Assembly: GCA_910592345.1 (NCBI GenBank)
Contig: CAJVPI010000268.1
Span: 1 to 37,761 of the forward strand
Direction of reading: 5' to 3'
From: Paraglomus brasilianum
Taxonomy: Eukaryota
Length of the DNA stretch: 37,761 nt
Below are positions 11,621 to 23,993 of this stretch, in pieces. The position numbers were made by a program, and so were the translations under genes. The notes beneath the pieces were generated by a model. It made no database searches, was not told the DNA's origin, and was given only the letters and a program-made list of their open reading frames with translations. Positions within the stretch are counted from its first letter, which is position 1. Every line of letters begins with the position of its first letter.

Positions 11621-12269
11621 CTTCCTGCAGCCTGCGGAAATATCTCATGTTGGTTTGTCTATTTTCCCAACATGGCAGAACTTTTTAATTACATCATACA
11701 GCCCTAGTTATGGGAGGAGCCTGTACGACGTGTGCCGGGTGATTATGGTTTTATATTGGTGGATGCATGCCGAGATATATTTGTTGAACGTTGTGATTCG
11801 CTTAACAAGACCTCATGCGGTAAAAGCCGGATTCAAACTTCACGGAACGAATAGTGTAGCTCACCCTTTGTGACTCGGTCGAACATCACAAAGCAATATT
11901 TGGAATTGAATTAAACAACGAGAGAATATGTATTCTTATCAATGAAATATTTTGACAATGAAACATAATAATTGTAACAAGACTATTATCCATTTCGCAA
12001 GACATTTCAGAATAACTGCATGCATGCTAATATTGTACAGCGATACAAATGCATGTTTAAACGAGCATATCTATAACGACTTTTATTTGACGTGATCAAT
12101 TTAGTCACATCACAATGACATATCAGTCTTATACATCCTCTGATGACCATAGCTCATATCTCATTCGAAACAAACCCCGAACGATTATATAAAACCTTCT
12201 CTCTTCTTGGTTAATTATCGATACAAAAAGCGTTCAAGATCAACCAGAAACCATCGAAGCTGCCTCGGC

Positions 12270-13192
12270 GATACCCAGACAATCCGTTCAGTAGCAACCA
12301 GGCCTTCAGCATGAATTAAAGCCACAACCATTAATTAGTTCATCATTTGCCCACAGAAACCGATAGTTCGTTAAATCCACACAAGGCGGCAAGAAAATTG
12401 GAAGGGAAGATTGCATTGATCACGGGCGGCGATTCGGGTATCGGCAGATCTGTGGCTACATTTTTTCATCGGAAGGAGTGGGGATTGTGTACCTGAAAAA
12501 GTAGAGCAGGTTGGTTGCGAGCGAAAAGGAAAAAGAAACAAAACAAGATGCTCAAACAAAAGTTGTTTCGATTTGCAAAGACTTGGTTACGAAAAGGATG
12601 CCATCGATATTGATGCAGTTGTCAATAATTCCTCTGAACAGGTAGGTATTGGGTTGGGAAATACAAGTCGTAATAAAATTGAAAATTTAACGGAATTGGA
12701 AAGGAATGATTTATCTTGTCAAAGATGTTGTTAAGCATATGAACAAAGTTCCTCGCGATAGTTAAGCATATGAACAAAGGCAGGTCGGTGCATGCAGGCA
12801 TGCCATTATTCATAAATTGCGGGTTGACACTATAATGCAGCAATATTGCGTACCACAAATTCTTCTACAAAGGTATGCAACAAAGCAAATAATTTCGAGG
12901 GCGCAATCGTAGCTTTCACGCTCTCAATCTTTCATGGAATTAGGGTGAGAATTATCTTGACTTGTCGAGATGTTCCCGGCAGGAATATAGATGTGTTTCT
13001 CGTTGTTCGATAAAATAGGTCCTATTTGGACGCCGCTGAGACGTGCTGGTCATCATCCATCTGAAGGTAAATATCCGATTGTTGGCGCTAAATATTTACT
13101 TATTTTGCAAACGGGTTTAGTCTAAATTGACCGCTCGGCTGTGTTTTTTTTTAGTTGCCCACGCTGGACAGGTCTTGCATCCAAATGGAGTA
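12270..13192 (+). pseudogene. Decayed short-chain dehydrogenase/reductase (YhdF/YghA-like classical SDR) pseudogene
   Basis: Collinear fragments across frames: QPGLQHELKPQP; KAARKLEGKIALITGGDSGIGRSVA (12383-12457, TGxxxGIG NAD(P) motif); VNNSSEQ; STK|GAIVAFT; GIRV; GPIWTPL; RAGH..SE; GQVLHPNG. It is interrupted by stops, frameshifts, deletions and a 19-bp duplication (12730 and 12761). Confidence 0.88.
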
Positions 13193-13436
13193 CTTACATT
13201 TCAATGCATATCACTGACAAACCACTTCAATCACTCACACAATAATTGAAAGACCTTGATATATACGTAACATTGTAAGTGATACCAAACCCCCCCCCCC
13301 CCCCCCCAATTTGCGCATATCACTTTTTCTTATTTCTTTAAACATTCCAAGGCGTTTGTTTATCTGTCTACCACTTCAGTTGACTACTGTATAAACGTGT
13401 ATAATTACTAGCAATTCTTAGTCGATTTGTATGGGC

Positions 13437-14824
13437 AAAAAATGCAGAATTTCATTTAATTCCCAACAGTTTGGTATTAATTGATACTTTTAATCCAATC
13501 ATTTCGTAGCACACAAAGTGTATTATTATGGAGAAATGTTATAGCGGACCGGTTAATATAAGACACAGCGACACTAATCTAGTTCGCAGAAACGTAAATG
13601 CGAAGTTATAGCCTTTTTGGAAAGGTGTGAGTACGAGATTACAGAACCATTACGAACAATTGCGGGTAACTTCTCGTAACAAGAATGAAAGAACTGACAG
13701 GTGAGAATGTGTGTATGAGAGAGATAGAGAGAACGAGAGAGTGTAAGAAAGAAATAAAGCCAGAATGAGAAATCAAAAGAGTGAGAGAGTGAGAAAGTAA
13801 TTGTGAAATAGCAAAGAGTGTCACGATAAAGAGAGGAGGTGAACAAAAGAGTGGGTATTGAGAGTGGTGAGCAAGTGAGAGACTGAAAGTATGATTGAAA
13901 AGGAGTGAGAGAATGATTGAAAGGCAAGAGAGCGATTGAAAGAATTAGAGAGAATGAAAGTGTGAGAACTGAAAAAGAATAAGAGAGAGCGAGTGATTGC
14001 AAGAGAGAAGAGGATTGAAAGGGAGTGAGAGAATGATTGAAAGGCAAGAGAGCGATTGAAAGAAGTAGAGAGAACAAAAGAGTGAGAACTTGAAAAAGAA
14101 TAAGAGAGAGCGAGTGATTGCAAGAGAGAAGAGGATTGAAAGGGAGTGAGAGAAAGAGATCAAGAGTCAATCACTATGAAAAGAGTAACTAAACAAACGT
14201 GCGAGCGATTGAAAGAGAATGAGATAGTGATTGGGAGAGTGATTGGGAGAGTGATTGCAATTTTTAGTATACACCTCGACAATAGTTATGGTTAACAAGT
14301 ATATAACATTGGATTCTTGGTTGTTGCGCTATTCCGGATTATGATGAAAACCGATTTCGCGTCTTTGAAGAATCAAGCGAATTGGAATATTGAAATTGAA
14401 ATCGTACTTAATATTCTGTGTCAATTTTTGGTACACACCTCAACAACAGTTATGTTTAACGAATGTGTGAATTTCATAAATATATGATTCTTGGTTGTTG
14501 AGTTATTAGTGATTGACGACGAAGATCGATTTTGCGTTTTCGAAGAATCAGCTTTTGCAGCAATTGTTTATTTTCTAGATGTATTTAATAATAATGTTTT
14601 TGATTTGGAGTTTTGTGACCGTTTACTTTAAGAATAAGACGATGCGATTCTTACATGGGTCATACTGTATATTTCGTTGAATAAAGTTACTAATAATCGA
14701 TCCGGTTCGGATTCACTGATATGGTTTAGTACACTTTTGTGCTACGAAATGATTGGATGAAAGTATCAATTAATACCAAACTGTTGGGAATTAAATGCAC
14801 CATAAATGAAATTCCGCATTTTTC
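13437..14824. mobile_element. Non-autonomous element or foldback structure: ~85-95 bp inverted arms (13437-13521 and 14730-14824) around a GA-rich minisatellite and repeat-family modules
   Basis: CATTTAATTCCCAACAGTTTGGTATTAATTGATACTTT..TCCAATCATTTCGTAGCAC is the reverse complement of GTGCTACGAAATGATTGGA..AAAGTATCAATTAATACCAAACTGTTGGGAATTAAATG. No TSD identified. Confidence 0.6.
13680..14260 (+). repeat. Polypurine GA-rich low-complexity tract with a ~120-bp tandem repeat (about 2.2 copies)
   Basis: The unit starting GATTGAAA(A/G)GGAGTGAGAGAA recurs at 13893, 14013 and 14134 (periods 120 and 121). GAGTGATTG micro-repeats occur at ~14225-14258. Confidence 0.9.
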
Positions 14825-15471
14825 AGAATCTGTATTTTAAATAACTGTATTTAATACAGATTTTCTGTATTTGAAATACAGACTTTTGACGCACCATAGA
14901 TTTGATAGTAATCACAAAAATTTTCAATGTCGATCAGCTCGTGATTATGAAAATGTGGTATGTTTCAGATGCAGCTTGAGTACACGAACTGCAGGTCACC
15001 GTGAACCTAGCAGAATCGTATTATCCAATCGCCTATTCCGTTTGCATAAGTAGCTGTTTATCAACAGCTGATTACTGAGGATTCGTTTAGCTTGGATATA
15101 TGTTGGTTCAACATTTCACTTAACTTTTCAAGCCGCTGGGTGTTGATGGAATATTTTTGAAATAGGTATCCTTAACGTACCCGGGGGTGTAAGTTAAATG
15201 GGTACAGACGGTTTTGCGTACACTCAAGGTACGACAATTATACGCATGCTAATGTAGATGCCTCAAAGGTAGAAAAAGTATGTAAACAATTAAACACAAT
15301 AATCTAGTAAACGTAAGTATAAAAATTGATGTGATGTGATGTTAACGTTTGCTGCAATTGTATATCTTGTAGTTTTACTGATAGATTACTTATTATGATT
15401 ATGATTAGAGTTACGTTTAGGAATATTTCCCGAGGTGCATGCAGATGTACAGTATATACTGACATAAAAAC

Positions 15472-15916
15472 AACCTCCTATAAAGAACATTTTATCATGG
15501 AACAGATCTGATAGATTAGTAAATTCTTTATTTTGTAGAATGCTTATATTTACCTCTGTTACTGTACCTATGTATATAGGAACAAATGTCTGCGCCGTTG
15601 CATGTTGATTGGCTGCAACTGAGCATTAATCTTTTTTAGAAAAGCATAAACAGAGAAATGGACCTTACTATGTTAGGCCCAGTCGATTATAAAACCTATT
15701 CAATGCCAGAACGATCACTAAAAAAACGAGCTATAATCAATAATGCTCTTCGTAAAGAATTTGTAAAGATCAACAAAAACTAGACAATACTTGATCGATA
15801 TTAATTGTTATAAATGTGTAGTTACATAATCTTGCGTACAAATTCTATAAAAAAACACATCTATGATAGATAGAACACAATCTGGGTGTGTCCTGACTGT
15901 GTTCTTTATAGAGGTT
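15472..15916 (+). mobile_element. Degenerate pogo/Tc1-mariner internal-deletion derivative (MITE-like)
   Basis: Inverted repeats AACCTC(C)TATAAAGAACA (15472-15489) and TGTTCTTTATAGAGGTT (15900-15916). An internal fragment from 15703 reads MPERSLKKRAIINNALRKE, resembling the start of CENP-B/pogo HTH transposases (inference). Confidence 0.55.
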
Positions 15917-18900
15917 AAAATTAAACTAATGTGCAAGATTTTGGAATCATATAGCATGTAGATATCGTAATGAGACAATTAGAGTTGTAGTCAGTCTAGA
16001 TAAAAGTATTTTAAGGTGCAAATAGCATTTTAATCAAAAGGCTATTGTGTTAAAATGAATCACATGTAAAACATTATACTTCGAACATGCTTCACTAGCA
16101 AATATTTTCTCCAAGACAAACCTATGCTGCAATAGGCGGGGTCCAACATGGGACAAAGTATTCATCAGTAGTATTATTGAGATGTTTTTACAACAGATCC
16201 TGGTGCTATAAAATTTCAGAAAGTTTTATAATCAGGTATTGTTTATTGACCAAGAGAAATGGTTTAATACAATAAATTCGTTAATCAATATCAAGCTAAT
16301 GCCGCAAGAGAGTAATCGGTAACCAAACGTGATTGCAAATTCTTCGTCGTCAAACTCTACAATACAGCTAGTGACTTTTTCAAGCAGTCTTTCAATACTC
16401 ACAACCAATTTCGTATACGCAGACCTCAATTTTTAATTATCTGTTATCGCTGGGATTAATGTTGATAGCCCGTAGGATAACTAGAGAGAAAAGTCTTTAC
16501 ACTAAAGTAAACGCTTTTGTAAACAATTAATTAACAATCGTATTTCTCTAATTTCGGAATTGATTGACAAGATTATTTACACTACTGTGTGGGTGGTTGG
16601 CGCGTCAACGTCACAAGCAATGGCCAGAAAATAATTATTTTCCCAGAACAGAAATACTGATTTATTATAGCAACAAGAAAGATAATAATGAAGTAATTAA
16701 AAGATGATACATATTTACAAAAGAACGCCCCACAGTCTATATGAGTATAGCAGCCTGTGAAAGACTCTATTACACTTTCAGGAGGCATAAGGTGTACTAT
16801 GAGTTAATCGGGCTCGTTGTGTTGTTGTGACTAGAACAAAAAAGATATACAGGAGGATTTGTTTAAGGTCTGTAAAGGAAATTAATATATCGCAAAATTG
16901 GCTGGCTTATTGATGAATAAGTTTGAAAGGCACTCAATCTTAGTAAGTGGCTATTTTTAATCAGTATGTCAATAAAAAAAATTGGCTAATACATAAGTGG
17001 CATACAATGAAAATGTGCTCACACTCCCTTCAGTTAGCAAAACTTAGTAATTGAAATATTCTATAAAAATAACTACAAATTACTTTATTAACAATGGCAT
17101 ACAATGAACAAAATATGATGTTATTGGAAGCTCAGCAAATCACCCAACTGCCAAAAAAGAGTTACAGTATTTATATTATGCACAAGAGACGGCAAGAGTT
17201 TTTGGAATCGAATTTTTCCTAACAGCCGCACCAATTTACAAGCGCAGTAATCATTTAAATCTTACAGCTGTCGAGATAATATTTATAATATGAATATGAG
17301 AGGTTTGTATGAGTGAGCCATATATAAACTGATTTTTATTAGACATTGTATGTGTAGCAATGAGTTTAACAGCATAATTAAAGATATGGTGCATTAATTT
17401 ACTTGCAATTTTTTCTGAGAAAGCTATATTACGTGATGTAATAACAAGAGCTTATTAGTGAATATCAAAAGCTACAAATACACTCTCTTGCGAAAGTATA
17501 ATTACAATACAAGATTCTAGTAAACCATACGGTATGTAATATCAAAAAAATTTTCAAGGTACTGACTCTATGTTTTCTTATTATTTTAAAGCTAAAAATT
17601 GCAGTCTTAATTGAGAGACATTAGCATTCAAGACATTAATTGCCAAAAGTATAAATACGTTGATCATTTAATATTTATTAAGTAAGTGAAGCTTTCATCC
17701 CTCACATTCAACAACAATATCTTAAAATTGCTGATACCTCTTAATTAAAACTACAATAATTTAGCTTTAAAATAGTTAATAATAAATCTTATTAGTACTC
17801 GCTTGAGAAATGTGGAGAGTCAGCGGCTTGAAAAATATTGTATTTATACTTTTGGCAGGGAGGTGTGGCTTAGGCGCGCGTCACATACTGTTATTCTCTC
17901 AATTAGAATAGCGTCATTGCCGTACGATATGTCAAACTATTATATGCTGCACTAATACTCAGCAAATTCTCTCCATCCAGATACTTATTTTAGCATTGCA
18001 CACCAATTGAGACTTATATATCATTAAATTATTCTACACCGCCGCGCCGGTTTGCTTTGTTTTTAATTGTAAAGTATGCATTTAGCCACACAAGTGCTAA
18101 ATAAATAGATAACATGTAGGCTGGGCTGCTTTGAATTGATGTCCAACGAAAGAAATTATGGATTTTTACACAGACATGTGTTCTTCAGGTAAGTAAAGGA
18201 CGCTTGTTATGTTGGTGATATTGATGAAAGCATCATATGACAACTATTGATTCGTAGTAGGCCAATTTGTGTGTATAAGTACAAGCGCCGCCGGATGAGT
18301 GTAAGATCAAGTACCATTGAGTTCTCAGAAAGGCTAACTCAACATAGGCTCCAACCACTGGTACGTTGACAATGATGTTTTAGTATCATAGAAAGGTTTT
18401 CCTAATCTAAAAAATCCTTCTCTTTCTATAACTGATAATATAAAGCCCTTTCCTTTAAACTCACTCGAAAGTGGATGAGGAAGTGTTTTGAGGCGTTACC
18501 GTTTTATGGTGCTGACCTTATGGCCAGCAGTTTGGGTAGTTGAAGAATCGATAACATCCCGATTTCCAGTTTATCCTACAATAATACGATTACTGTAAAT
18601 ACTTTAGGTTATCGTCATTTTCATTGACCGATTACAAACAACTCTATCTTTACTGATTCTTCGATGACAAAGTTATAACTCCAGAACCATTACATAATAA
18701 GTCATGTATCTTACTTACCAAATTACAACTTACGGACCCTTTTCTCCTTTTAAATAAGATACGTAACAGGCGTTTACGAACCTACATAGATAGAAAACAT
18801 TTATCCAGTATTTTAAATAGCAAAGACGGAAAGACTTTGATTGGCTTAATAAAACCAATTTATCAAGCTTTCTGCGTAATAGTTGGAATGACATAAATCA

Positions 18901-20588
18901 AAACTTTGAATTTTTACCAAGATAGCGAGAAAGGCAACTTTATTAGTTAGTGTATAAAAAATCAGCGTTCTCACGTAAGCGATAACTACCAAGTCTTTTT
19001 TCTCAATCTCAATTTTGTTAAACACCTATATTGATACATGTTAATATCCAAGAAAAATGAAAACTTTGATATACATAAGAATAAAAGTTACAACTTGTCT
19101 AGTAATAAGGTCCCGCAAAATATTAATAGGTTAGCACTTACGACTAAATAGGATTTTACAATAGTAAATCTTGAGCCAATCAAAAAGAATAATGTCATCA
19201 GCCGTCTGAGACTTGATATACAAAATTGGCAATTAGTTAGAATATATTAATATAATACTTACACTGACATGCACTTGCATCTATACAGGCAAATATTACT
19301 CTACACTCCTTACCAACGTGAAAATGGGTAAAAAGTCTAAGTCCATTCAAATGCGGTGCTCTTTACGAGATTAAGTTAGAGAGAATATCTCTAGCGCATA
19401 TCCCTAACACAATGACTCAGAATCTAACCTCTTTATAAATACCGGCGAAACAACCAGCATGACTAATACTGAAAATACAAGCCATCAATCTGTGTGGATG
19501 TATGAAATTTTGGTTATTTGTTATTCATTACTGTTGCGTAGACGAGACGTAGTAATAGTGGTAAAAAGTGCAGACAATAGAGTCAAACCGAAACACTTGT
19601 CTTGTTTATGTGGGTTAGTCCATACTGCAAAGAAGGCTATTGCAATTATACAGACATAGTTACTATTATGTGGCAATAAGTTGCTTTATTATTTATTGGT
19701 TAATATGAATCACCATACAGAATGAGACTAAATTCTCTCACTGTCTTTTTTGTCACATAGCTGATGTTATTACAAACAAATTTATAATATATTTCTTTGT
19801 TTATTTTTTGCTCAACTCTAATGTACGTGCAAATGTTTGTAAATTGTGACAAATTTTGTAATAATTATTCACTTTGTTTCCGACAAGCCTTCCATAAACA
19901 ACACATTATAATTTCCGAATAAAGAATGTAAAATAAAATAAGTCAAACCATTTCCTAAAAAGAACAACTTATATGTAATACTTTTAAACTTTAAAACCTA
20001 TAACTAAATTAACGTTAACAATTTATCAAAAGCTGCTAAACAAGAGCATGCTTGTTAGCTTTTTTAAAGATTACCTGATTCAATCATTTATTGTATGTAC
20101 AGGCAGTTGTTAATAATAAAAGCACAAAGTAACATATGGAACTCGTAAATACCGCTGCCAAGATTATAATAGCCATTGCTTTCTCTGCATAATAGTATTC
20201 CCGAAGACATAATAGTTTGATTGTAGACTTGTTCTAAGTACTAATTTTATCACAACATTGTTATAGTAAAACCTTTTAGAGAGTGTTCAACACTGGAGTA
20301 AACAGGAAGAAACAGGATGTAGCATGTTGTTTCTTCCAAGTAAAAATAGTTCAAGTTGGGCGTTTTCCACATTGTTTGGCGCTTTGTTCTGTTCTAGAAT
20401 GGTAAGCAGATAACCAATTAAAAACAACAACTGGTTGTTGACTGTTGATTCCGAATACAATTAACCTCCGATTATTCTGGGGTCATGCAGATTGTTGTGA
20501 TCGACGAAACAAAATCATTATCAACAACATGTAACGCAAGGTAGTTTATCATTCGTCACTTTCTGGTTGGTTTTGAAGACTTGTTTTC

Positions 20589-20687
20589 TGTTACCTGTGT
20601 TCAGCCAGTTTCTTCCAACAAGGGTCTTTTCCGCTGGATGTTACCTGTGTTCAGCCAGTTTTTTCCAACAAGGGTTTTTCCGCTGGA
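20589..20687. repeat. Tandem duplication of a ~50-bp unit
   Basis: TGTTACCTGTGTTCAGCCAGTTT(C/T)TTCCAACAAGGGT(C)TTTTCCGCTGGA at 20589-20638 and 20639-20687. Confidence 0.95.
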
Positions 20688-22998
20688 CACTAGATTTTGT
20701 TGATAATAATTAACTTGTTTTCGGATCTATCTTCTCCTTGCGCAACTTTAACCCCGAATTTTAAAAATCGTATGTTATGAACAATACGTTTTACTGAAGA
20801 CGTCATTAAAGGAGATGTGCAACCCATTTGAACGGCGTTGTATTAGCTTTGTTAATATGCTCATCGTGTATACTTGCATATAGACCACTGTACAGTACAT
20901 GATCTTACAACAACAACAGCAGCAGATTGTCTAGAAAATGCATGCTCATATGCGGGTGCATTTGGGTCTTTCTTAATTTCATTGTCCGAGTATTAATGAA
21001 ACATGTTTAAACGCCTTTGATGCAAAGAGTCTTGATTGTTGGAAAAGGAAAGAGGCATTGATTATTTCAATTAGGGAGGACCCGTTAGAGAAAAAAAAAA
21101 GGGGTCTAAGCACCAGTATTGTTTGCTCAACCGGTTTCATTTACTTATGCCAAGGACGTACAGATCGACCAATTGAGTTTTCGAGGTCTTTATTAGGCAT
21201 CAGATCGACCAATTGAAGATTGCCGCCCGCATTTCACAAATACTTTATTTGGTAAGTGAATCATAGTAGCAGTACATTTTTGGATATTACGTCAGATTAT
21301 AGATTTTTTGATAAAGAATATAGTCAGACTGCAAAGGTCATCGCTATATGCGATGGGACAATGAGATATGTATCAAACATTTGGGATCCAAGTTTATGGC
21401 TAAAAACGCAATAAAAATAGCTAATATCGTATCTTTATAGAGTCTGTCAAAGTAAATTGACATTTGTTTATCGTTGTGGCAGTTATTATCTTATCAATCA
21501 TTAATCATTATTAAACTATTTTTAGAAGCGTTATACAACCAGTCGGTTCAAATAAGCATACCATTTTTAGCTAACTCGAAATTACAATTATTTTTACCTA
21601 AATTGTGACAAAACTAACCTTCGCCACACTCTCGCACGAATCGTCGTTTCGATAGTCCAGCAGTGATACCTATTTAAAGTTTCCTGCCACAGACGTGCAA
21701 ATTATTAAGCAGCCAAATGGCTTTGGGGTTCGGGCTAATGAGAAACGATCGACTGCGTGTGTGTAGTACCGGAGCTTTGTTGTTGAATACGAGTAGTTGA
21801 CAACAGTCAATAGAAGGAGCATGGAGAAGAAGTGAGAAGAAGCGTTGGAAAATATTTGCATCATTCGGTATTGTTGTACAAGTTTTTGCTTTCTCATTAC
21901 ACAACTCCCGCCCACAAACAACGAACACTCACGTACAATGAATACACACAATGAATACTTTTTGCTGCACAGAGTATGGTACTGGTTATGGTTTACATAT
22001 TGTACATATTTGCCCATTTCGAATTCCATCCAACAATTATATCTTCGATGTGTTACTATACTTTGCTGATGAAAAGTTTTCCCTTGCTAATTAATTGTGG
22101 TGGTTTTTTTTTTTTCCTATTGAATGAGAGAACGTTCCTGCAAAGGACATCGGCCATCTCACATAGCCGATGGGAGGAGGAGGGTGAGTGGGGACGAGGG
22201 AGGGGAGAGGGAGGGGAGAATGCTTCACTGATTATAATTTACTTTTAAGGAAATGATACACAGATGTTGTGTTACAGTAAATAAAGAGACAGACAAACAG
22301 CCGAGAGGTAAAAAAAAAAACGATTGAATGTTTCGTAATGTTTGCGTACAAGCAGAAAGTACGGGGAAGAATAGACAATCTTTATTTGCAGGAAAAAACA
22401 CATTGTTTTTGTGGCACTGTAGAACGAAACGTCTTATGTCACAATATGAGATATGCATTACCATAGTATTGAAGTAAGGGAATAATAAGTGCAGCTAAAG
22501 TAAATATGGCAAAGTCTCTTATAGCACGCAGTTGTATATATGCTATGACATTCTATATGTTGATGTAATATTTTATAACGCCACGCTATAATAAACAAAC
22601 TCTTACTAATCCTTTCTTGCCATAATCGCTTAGCGTTGTTTTAGTTATCCCACCCACCTGAACTGCTATGTCTATCAACTCTAATTAACCTACCGACACA
22701 TTGTTTATGTACGGTAAGCCACATAGAGCGTCCATTAATACTCTACCTGCCTGCATCTCTTTTTTTTTCTTCTTCTTCTTCTTCCTTTCTACAAATGAGA
22801 ACGCTGGGATGGGAAAGCCGAGCTTTTCCTTTATTTGGGTTCATGCATTGTTAACACAAGCCGACTGAACAATTATGCATTTATTTTTGTTTGTTAGTTG
22901 GTACAATACTTAATAGTATATTTCCTCACAATGTATACGCCCCAACTCTTAATTGGGAATGTAATTGTCGAAATAAAAACTTTGTGAAGATCAAACAG

Positions 22999-23011
22999 TA
23001 TAAATACGCCA
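22999..23011 (+). promoter_or_regulatory. Putative TATA box of F-box gene A
   Basis: TATAAATACGCCA lies 185 bp upstream of the ATG. The paralog keeps CATAAATACGCCA 184 bp upstream of its ATG amid diverged sequence. Confidence 0.65.
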
Positions 23012-23183
23012 CCCCCCCCCAAGACAAAAAATTAGAAAATTTGGATTTGTCTAATCTGAAAACAGATATAATAGACACAATAGAACTAGAAAAAACCTTG
23101 AATATTCCACTCAAATCAAAAGTACCTACTTGCAACCAAAGACACTTTTATCGCATCGCATACACATATATACAACTACTACA

Positions 23184-23993
23184 ATGATGTTCAGCAACAC
23201 CATCGTCCCTATCTCCACCACCAACACTGCCGTAATCAGCAAAAAGGCATTCATTACATCTCTCTTATCTCTTCCAAACGAAATCCTCCATATGATTTTC
23301 GAAATGCTCGACATAGCATCCCTTTTCGCGGTCTCTGATACATGCAAACTATTCAACCTCTTATCATACGAATATATCATCCAATCCTTCGAATCACCCG
23401 AACTCACATTAAGGCTTTCATTCAACCAAGAATACAAATTGAAACCCCAAGTCGAATTCCACTTTTCTCACGTTGACGAGTCCTCAAACAATCTAGTCTT
23501 CAAACCGACGACTCAGAAACAAATAAAATTCTACAATTCGGCAGTTGTACACAAGCCTACTTTATATAACGCCGCATTGACAACCGATAACAACGAGGTA
23601 TCCCGCTTGTCGAAAGAAAACTTTCTTCAAAAGGCATCGCCACTTTCCATCAAGAATTATGGAACTTTCAACGAAACACATAAGATCCATCGAGATAACC
23701 ATCCATTATCATACACATTCAAATACACCGTAAGCACCACTCCAGAGAATATAGCGAGGACGAGAAGTGGAGAGAGATGGGTAACACCCGAAGAATTTTC
23801 GTGCCCTATCGACTTCTTTTATCCACAAGGAAAGAGCATTTCCAAGATATTTACGAAACTCTTTGGCAAACAACGACAAAACAAGGCACCGACAAAGAAA
23901 TTGTCAAAGAGAAAGTGGAGGAATAATAAAGCCATCGAAGCCAAGAAATATGAAGAGACAAATCGAAGCGTACCAACACCTGTCAGTAACTAA
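23184..23993 (+). CDS. F-box protein, paralog A (269 aa, intronless)
   Basis: F-box motif LLSLPNEILHMIFEMLDIASLFAVSDTCKLFNLL, then a beta-rich C-terminal region and a basic tail. The first ATG is at 23184. The frame is conserved with paralog B. Confidence 0.92.
   Translation: MMFSNTIVPISTTNTAVISKKAFITSLLSLPNEILHMIFEMLDIASLFAVSDTCKLFNLLSYEYIIQSFESPELTLRLSFNQEYKLKPQVEFHFSHVDESSNNLVFKPTTQKQIKFYNSAVVHKPTLYNAALTTDNNEVSRLSKENFLQKASPLSIKNYGTFNETHKIHRDNHPLSYTFKYTVSTTPENIARTRSGERWVTPEEFSCPIDFFYPQGKSISKIFTKLFGKQRQNKAPTKKLSKRKWRNNKAIEAKKYEETNRSVPTPVSN

Noticed and set aside
12125..12175. CTGATGA...GAAAC resembling a hammerhead ribozyme core
   Set aside because: Stems II and III cannot be paired around the core.
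13574..14170. Three overlapping minus-strand ORFs (198, 100 and 72 aa) rich in L/S/F
   Set aside because: They are a by-product of the CT-rich strand of the GA minisatellite. All frames are open and the 121-bp period breaks frame.
14871..22464. Numerous 60-120 aa ORFs in intergenic DNA, many with non-ATG starts
   Set aside because: No recognisable motifs or consistent splice structure, and lengths are as expected by chance.
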